Of a stretch of 64,000 nucleotides of DNA, positions 58,538 through 64,000 are shown piece after piece; position 1 is the first letter of the stretch, and each line of letters opens with the position of its first letter. The position numbers and the translations under genes were made by a program. Source of the DNA: a virus (taxonomy: Duplodnaviria; Caudoviricetes); IMG/VR virus record IMGVR_UViG_3300028048_003180, positions 44,710-108,709 of that record. One strand, written 5' to 3'. The notes under the pieces are model-generated. The model made no database searches. It had not been told where the DNA came from and saw nothing but the letters and a program-made list of their open reading frames with translations.

Positions 58538-58846
58538 TTAATCCTTGAACTTTGCAATATCTTCCGGTGTTACGCCCATGCTTATAAGAAGCAGGGTGCA
58601 ATATCCGATGATGTCGCACACGTCATTCACACGCGGCACGGGTGAAGGGTTGTTGTCAATCCTTGCCTGCTTGTCCATGAGGCGCACGAGGATTGAGTTC
58701 TGTGCGTCCCCCTTGTACCATCCTTTTCTTGGCTTGAGTGCGGAGTCTCCGTACATCTTGTTCTTGTACAGGAGAAGGTCTTTCATTGCGTCGAACGTGT
58801 CAGAAATTTTCTTCTGAGTGTCAGTTGTTGGTTCATTCTTTGTCAT
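58538..58846 (-). CDS. DUF1599 / nucleotide-modification-associated domain protein
   Basis: LLLYKNKMYGDS...RLMDK..RI...DIIGY..L. Confidence 0.75.
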   Translation of the reverse strand: MTKNEPTTDTQKKISDTFDAMKDLLLYKNKMYGDSALKPRKGWYKGDAQNSILVRLMDKQARIDNNPSPVPRVNDVCDIIGYCTLLLISMGVTPEDIAKFKD

Positions 58847-59164
58847 GCTTTTGCTCCTCGAAGGCTTCTTCAAAAGCCTTTTCCAATATTTCCATCTGTT
58901 CCCTAAGCTCTTCTTCCGTCATTTCTTCTATCTGCTTTTTGGATGGCAGAAGGCTAATTGAGCTTACTTTGTATTCATCCCTAATCTGCCAGTATCTCTC
59001 TTCTGTCATTTAGTCCCTGTCTCTGATATATCTTATTCCATCATACGTTACGAAACAGGTGAATAGGTTTACTAGCGTCTGTGCGGTGTTTCCTGACATT
59101 GATACCAGTGCTGCAATTATAAGTTGTAGTACAAGTATGATTGTTAGTATTATCAGTTTCATTT

Positions 59165-59809
59165 TCATTTCCCTTCTCCTTCAATCTCATGGAAAGTGTT
59201 GTACCATTCTTCCTTCACGAACTCATTGTAAGCAATATAGCGGGAGTATATGTCCGTCAGCATAATTTCCTTACTGTTACACCACTTCAAAAACTTTTCA
59301 AAATAACCGCACGGCTTGAACTCTGGGCATCCGAAGCGGTAAACACAGTTAGGGACAAGGACATTTGCGAGCTCCTTTGTTTCTTCAATATTGCTCAAGG
59401 AATCCTTTATATCGAACATATACTCCCTTGTCTCTTTTGAAGCCATATTGCACAATCTCCATCTTGATACATTTATCAATGCCTGAGCATTTGCTTCTAT
59501 GTCCATTGTGACAAGTGAATCCTGTCTTGCGGAATCCCTATCAACTCCAGTCCTGTCGCTTCTTTGTGTCGAAATCCATTTTTCCCATCCAAGCCAATGG
59601 CGAGCAAAATGAACTGTAATCCAAGATTTTATAGCACCCCAATGCCATTTTACTCTTAGCAATCTAATCGGTGAGTGTTCTGCTACCAATATTTTACACT
59701 TAAATTCTTTTGAACCAGGGATATTTGACGATTTCTTGTTAGATGTATGTCTGCACATGTTTTTTACATCTAGCCAATCCATATCAATTTTAACAATCTC
59801 TGTCTTCAT
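59165..59809 (-). CDS. thyX: ThyX-like flavin-dependent thymidylate synthase
   Basis: AEHSPIR, HFARH, STQRSDR, RLC..A..E.R, VPNCVYR..CPE. Confidence 0.75.
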   Translation of the reverse strand: MKTEIVKIDMDWLDVKNMCRHTSNKKSSNIPGSKEFKCKILVAEHSPIRLLRVKWHWGAIKSWITVHFARHWLGWEKWISTQRSDRTGVDRDSARQDSLVTMDIEANAQALINVSRWRLCNMASKETREYMFDIKDSLSNIEETKELANVLVPNCVYRFGCPEFKPCGYFEKFLKWCNSKEIMLTDIYSRYIAYNEFVKEEWYNTFHEIEGEGK

Positions 59810-61773
59810 ATTTCATTCTCCTTTAAATAATTTATTGCCCTCTGCCTTGCATATTCGTCTGAATTGTCCAACAGGTCTTGGATGACTGCCTTTGCGTATT
59901 CATTAGCCTTGTTATAGCCGTCTTTGAAACCGGCTTTATAACAGGTGTTTTCGTCTTGCATAAATATTTTACCTGCCCATTTTGGCTCTTTTCTGTAACT
60001 GATCAAACTTTCTTCTGCCATTTCTTCTTCTGTCATTTGTCTACTCCCATACTTAATATTTTTTTTGCTTTATCAAATAAATAATTTTTATAATTCTGTT
60101 TATCCTTCATAACACTTTCCTCAACTGCTATACCAATAACTTTTGTGTATAGTCTAATGTCAGTAAAATGTTGTACTTTCATTTTCTCAATCTGCTCTCT
60201 AAGTTCCGCATTTTTCTTTTCGAGTCTTCGCGCAACAATAAGTGCTGTTCCAATGCCTGCACAAATCAAACTCCCGTCTGTATACTCGCCATCACTACAA
60301 TGGCAATATTCTTCAACATATTGTTCTGCTATTGGTCTTATTTCCTCTTCTGTCATTCGCTTATCTCCTTTAGAATTACTTCGTACTTTGGCTTGCCATT
60401 CATTTTTATTACAAGTTCATTATCATTCTGTCTTGCAAGTTCTATGAGAGTAGCATAAAACTCTGATGTGCAATCAGCTCGTTTTGCCCATACAACACCA
60501 TTCTTAGTTTTTCTCACAGTCCCCGCATATACTGTTCCTGTCCAACCTGTTCCGATATGATACATAGTTACTCCTTTGTATCACCAAAGCCAAGTTCAAT
60601 ATCACCGCTCTGATAATACACATCGTTCAAATGTAACAGAGGAAAAGAGTCTACCTCTTCACCTTTTTTACAATCCCAAGGCAAAGTGAAAGCACAACGA
60701 GCAATTACTCTTGTATCTGCGTGTCCTTGTGCAATTAAATCTGATAATTCTTTATGAAGTTCTGCTACTGTCATAATTTATCTCCTAGATTTCAAGTTTT
60801 CAAGTCTTTCTGCAACTTCAAGATATTTTTCTCAAGTATTTCTATAAGTTTCTTATGTTCAGCCTTGGTCATTTTTTCATCCTCCATAAATCTCTTTGCA
60901 CGTTCCATCGGCTCTCTCGCATAGTCACTCATGCTTGCTGGTATGATGTGATATAATTCCGTAATGATTTCTTTTGCTTCTATGTTTTCCTTTTCGAGCC
61001 GCTTACACTTGATAATAGTATTACATAGTTCATTCTGCATATTCATTTCTGATGTAAGCAGCTTCTCGTTATAAGCTTTCAGACTTGCATTTTCCTTTTC
61101 AAGTTCTGCAATGCGCTCAAATGTCTTTTCGAGATTTTCTTCCGCATAATGAGCAATATTCGCCCAATCATTAGGACTATTATCATCACTATATGGCTCT
61201 GTTGGTCTGTCTGCATAATAGTCTTTTTCAAGTTCTTCTTTAGTCATTTTGATTCCTCCTTGCTGACATTTGTTATGCCATAACTGTACCAAGGGGCAGG
61301 GTATTTCTTTTTCATCTCCTCACCGATTACATTGAAAATCTCCATTACAATATAACCTTCATACATTGCCTCACTAGAATCCTTTGGAACGCCATTAAAA
61401 ATTCCTGTCTTGAAAAAATCTTCTCTTGTTGTTACCTTGACCTTGAACTCCTCAATAAGTTCCTTCTTGTACTTCCCGATAAGGTACATAGAAACTTTTT
61501 GCACCTTGTCTATCTCTTCTTCCATAGTTTTAATGTGATGAGCGGCATCAATCATTTTTTCTTCTAAAAACCACTTTGATTCTTCATACCTGGTCATTTC
61601 AATTTTCCTTACTTACAAAACAAAGTAATTTCGTTTTCAACGTCTGGACTTGTTACTTTGTCGCCTGCCATATAAATGGTGTAGCAATAGATTTCATTGT
61701 CGTCCGTTTTGACGAAAATCTGCGCATCATCATCAAGGCCTTCAAGAGCTTCTTCCAATTCTTTCTTTGTCAT
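59806..61773 (-). other. Array of short ORFs, several starting MT(E/K)EE
   Basis: 59806-60036, 60033-60356, 60353-60565, 60568-60774, 60792-61247, 61244-61597. Confidence 0.65.
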
Positions 61774-61804
61774 TTGTCTACCCTTCTATCTTTTATTTCA
61801 CCCT

Positions 61805-63055
61805 TCAGGCAGTAATCTCCTTAAGAATTTGCCCGAACATTGCCTTTGCAAAGTTGGGCGGCACGGCATTGCCGATTTGCTTTACAATCTCAACCTTCGT
61901 TCCAGTGAACTTGTAATCACTCGGAAAGCCTGTGGCTGCAGCAAGTTCTTTTGGTTGCAACATACGAAAACCTAGTTCAATGCCGTCAGTCGTTCCGCAT
62001 ATAGCAAACCTGTCTTTTGTTGTGATTGTCGGAAGCGGAATTCCGACTGGATGAGCACATCCATTGCCGTAGTATTCCGTAATGAACGGTTGTACCAGAC
62101 AATGCTCCTGTTTTGTGCAAATTGTTGAAAGTGGTTTGCTAATTTCACGGTTCCTGTTCTTTGCCGAAGTCTGTCCGATAGCAGACACAAATGGTTGTAT
62201 CAGCATGTGATGTGCACCACTGCAACTTATTGTAGACACAGGTTTTTGTATGCTTTCTGATGTGGACTGACCGTACAGAAGGGCAATGAACGGTTCTGCA
62301 TAGTCTCCCCAGAATTCGCGGATTCCGCATTCAATCCTGCGCAATGTTGCGGCGGCCAGAGGCTTCTTTCTGTCCTTGATAAGCTGACAAGGAATTGACC
62401 AGTCGATTATCTCAGCCGCGGCCCTCCATTTAGGAAGAAACATGTCGCCGTCCTTTGTGTTTGTCATTTTTGGCCATACAATCCTTTTTCCGCAATCTCT
62501 GCGTACAGCCTGGATAAAAAGCCTTCTTCTTGATGTAGGTGCTCCGTAATCAGCCGCACAAAGGACCTTGAAAGAAACCACATAATTCAAAGACTGTAAA
62601 CATCTGACAAACATGTTGAATGTCTGACCTTTCTTTTCTGCGATTGTTTTTCCGTCCGGTGTAAGAGGTCCCCAGTTCTGGAATTCAGGGACATTCTCTA
62701 CAATTATTCTTTTCGGGTGCAAAATTTCTGCAAACCTGAGAACATCCCATGCAGGGGCTCTCATCTGCTCATTCTTTGGCTTGCCTCCGCGGGCAACAGA
62801 ATGGTGAGTGCAGGCAGGAGAGGCCCAGAGCAGGTCAGTGTCAACGGCAGCCTTAAGAGTCTCCGGGTTTATTGTCTGTACGTCCTCTACACGGTGCTCT
62901 GCAAAAGGGTAATTGGCTGCATGAGTCTCAATTGCCCTTTCCCAGTGATTAATAGCGGACATATTTACGTCACAATCATATTCATGTGCGGCCTGTACAA
63001 GCCCTGTAGACTCTCCGCCGCCGCCGCAAAACATATCAACGATATTCAAGGTCAT
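61805..63055 (-). CDS. C5 cytosine DNA methyltransferase
   Basis: DMFCGGGG, ASPAC, ENV, YGAPTSRRRLF, QIGNAVP. Confidence 0.93.
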   Translation of the reverse strand: MTLNIVDMFCGGGGESTGLVQAAHEYDCDVNMSAINHWERAIETHAANYPFAEHRVEDVQTINPETLKAAVDTDLLWASPACTHHSVARGGKPKNEQMRAPAWDVLRFAEILHPKRIIVENVPEFQNWGPLTPDGKTIAEKKGQTFNMFVRCLQSLNYVVSFKVLCAADYGAPTSRRRLFIQAVRRDCGKRIVWPKMTNTKDGDMFLPKWRAAAEIIDWSIPCQLIKDRKKPLAAATLRRIECGIREFWGDYAEPFIALLYGQSTSESIQKPVSTISCSGAHHMLIQPFVSAIGQTSAKNRNREISKPLSTICTKQEHCLVQPFITEYYGNGCAHPVGIPLPTITTKDRFAICGTTDGIELGFRMLQPKELAAATGFPSDYKFTGTKVEIVKQIGNAVPPNFAKAMFGQILKEITA

Positions 63056-63129
63056 AAAAACACTTCCTTTCTTACAATAAAAAAAATACTACATACGACA
63101 ATTATTTGAATCGCCAATGAATAATAGCT

Positions 63130-63174
63130 GCCACCAAAAGGCAGACAGCTATTATCAAGCCACCAAAAGGCAGA
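63130..63174. repeat. 16-bp tandem direct repeat gccaccaaaaggcaga, first copy inside a 10-bp hairpin
   Basis: Copies at 63130-63145 and 63159-63174; stem 63121-63130/63146-63155. Confidence 0.85.
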
Positions 63175-63583
63175 ACTAAGTCTTCATACATCATCCCCCA
63201 GAACAACAGGCCTTGCACCTTTCACCCCTTCTTGTCATTCCAAGCCAGAGTTTCAAATATGGTTGAATGGAAGTTCTGGATGCACTTTTCAACGTAGTCC
63301 GCAAGGACATAATCAGGAGTTTTACAGGCAGTGCTTAATCCATACTTATCAAGCAACATTGTAAGCTCTGTCTTGAACTTCTTCACATTATCTCTGTTCA
63401 GCATCCTCATCCACCTTTACTTCAATAGGATTCCAGAGGTGTTCCATTTCTAAAAGGAACACAACGTCTGCAAGATTAAACTCTTCATCTCCTGCTTTTA
63501 ATTTAACCTCAGCCAGTGAATAACCGTCATGGCACAAGGACTGGAATCTTAGCGTGAGTTCCTGTAACGTCATTTGTCTCCCC

Positions 63584-64000
63584 TTAAAACGGAATGTCCT
63601 CGCTGTAGTCATATCCGCTTTCGTCATCTTCTGACTGGGTAGGGGAGCCATTGGACTGAACCTTGTCACTCTGACCGCCAAGGAACTGAACGCTGTCTGC
63701 GATTATGACAATCCTACTGGATTTCTTCCCGTCTTTAGATACCCACCTGTCCTGTTTCAGTGTCCCAGCAACAGCAACCTGCCTTCCCTTCGTAAGCCAC
63801 TGCTTAAGGTTCTCCGCCTGCTTTCCAAAAACTGTCGCATCAAAGAATGATGCCTCATCAACCCATTGTTCATTCTTTTTGACCCTGCGGTTGACTGCAA
63901 GACTCATCTTTCCGATTGCCATGCCGCCCTGTGTATAGGACAGATCCATTTCTCTTGTGAGCCTTCCGACTAAAACAACACTGCATATATCATTTGCCAT
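63584..64000 (-). CDS. ssb: Single-stranded DNA-binding protein
   Basis: VVLVGRLTR, LAVNRR, FFD...FGKQAE, QDRW, tail EDIPF. Confidence 0.93.
   Translation of the reverse strand: MANDICSVVLVGRLTREMDLSYTQGGMAIGKMSLAVNRRVKKNEQWVDEASFFDATVFGKQAENLKQWLTKGRQVAVAGTLKQDRWVSKDGKKSSRIVIIADSVQFLGGQSDKVQSNGSPTQSEDDESGYDYSEDIPF

Overview
64-kb segment of a large, probably temperate siphophage. The host is likely a spirochaete (Treponema-like), inferred from the SSB and ComM sequences and not verified. Layout: (1-15.1 kb) tail module with tape-measure C-terminus, Dit/gpL-like proteins, NlpC/P60, a 2183-aa tail tip, a BspA/DUF285-type LRR fibre and a glycosyltransferase; (15.1-22.4 kb) CI/Cro-like switch, early rightward genes and an IS200/IS605 tnpA-tnpB element; (22.5-45.8 kb, minus strand) SbcCD with an intein, a Rad52/Sak annealase and a long run of small early ORFs including ComM, a RadC-like protein and SSB; (45.8-46.2 kb) divergence point and possible genome end; (47.7-64 kb, minus strand) DNA metabolism genes (two methyltransferases, ThyX, NinB/NinG-like, HNH, SSB). 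Three observations stand out. First, a 412-bp tail-fibre-tip cassette is bounded by a perfect 52-bp inverted repeat, has no invertase in the window, and its two tips are recoded almost codon by codon. Second, a 331-bp protein-less IscB-type omega/HEARO RNA element with intact transposon ends sits inside the lytic early transcript. Third, a ~720-nt non-coding region packed with hairpins lies at the start of the early region. No CRISPR array, integrase, capsid or large terminase gene is visible. All annotations come from motif recognition by eye; no searches were run.
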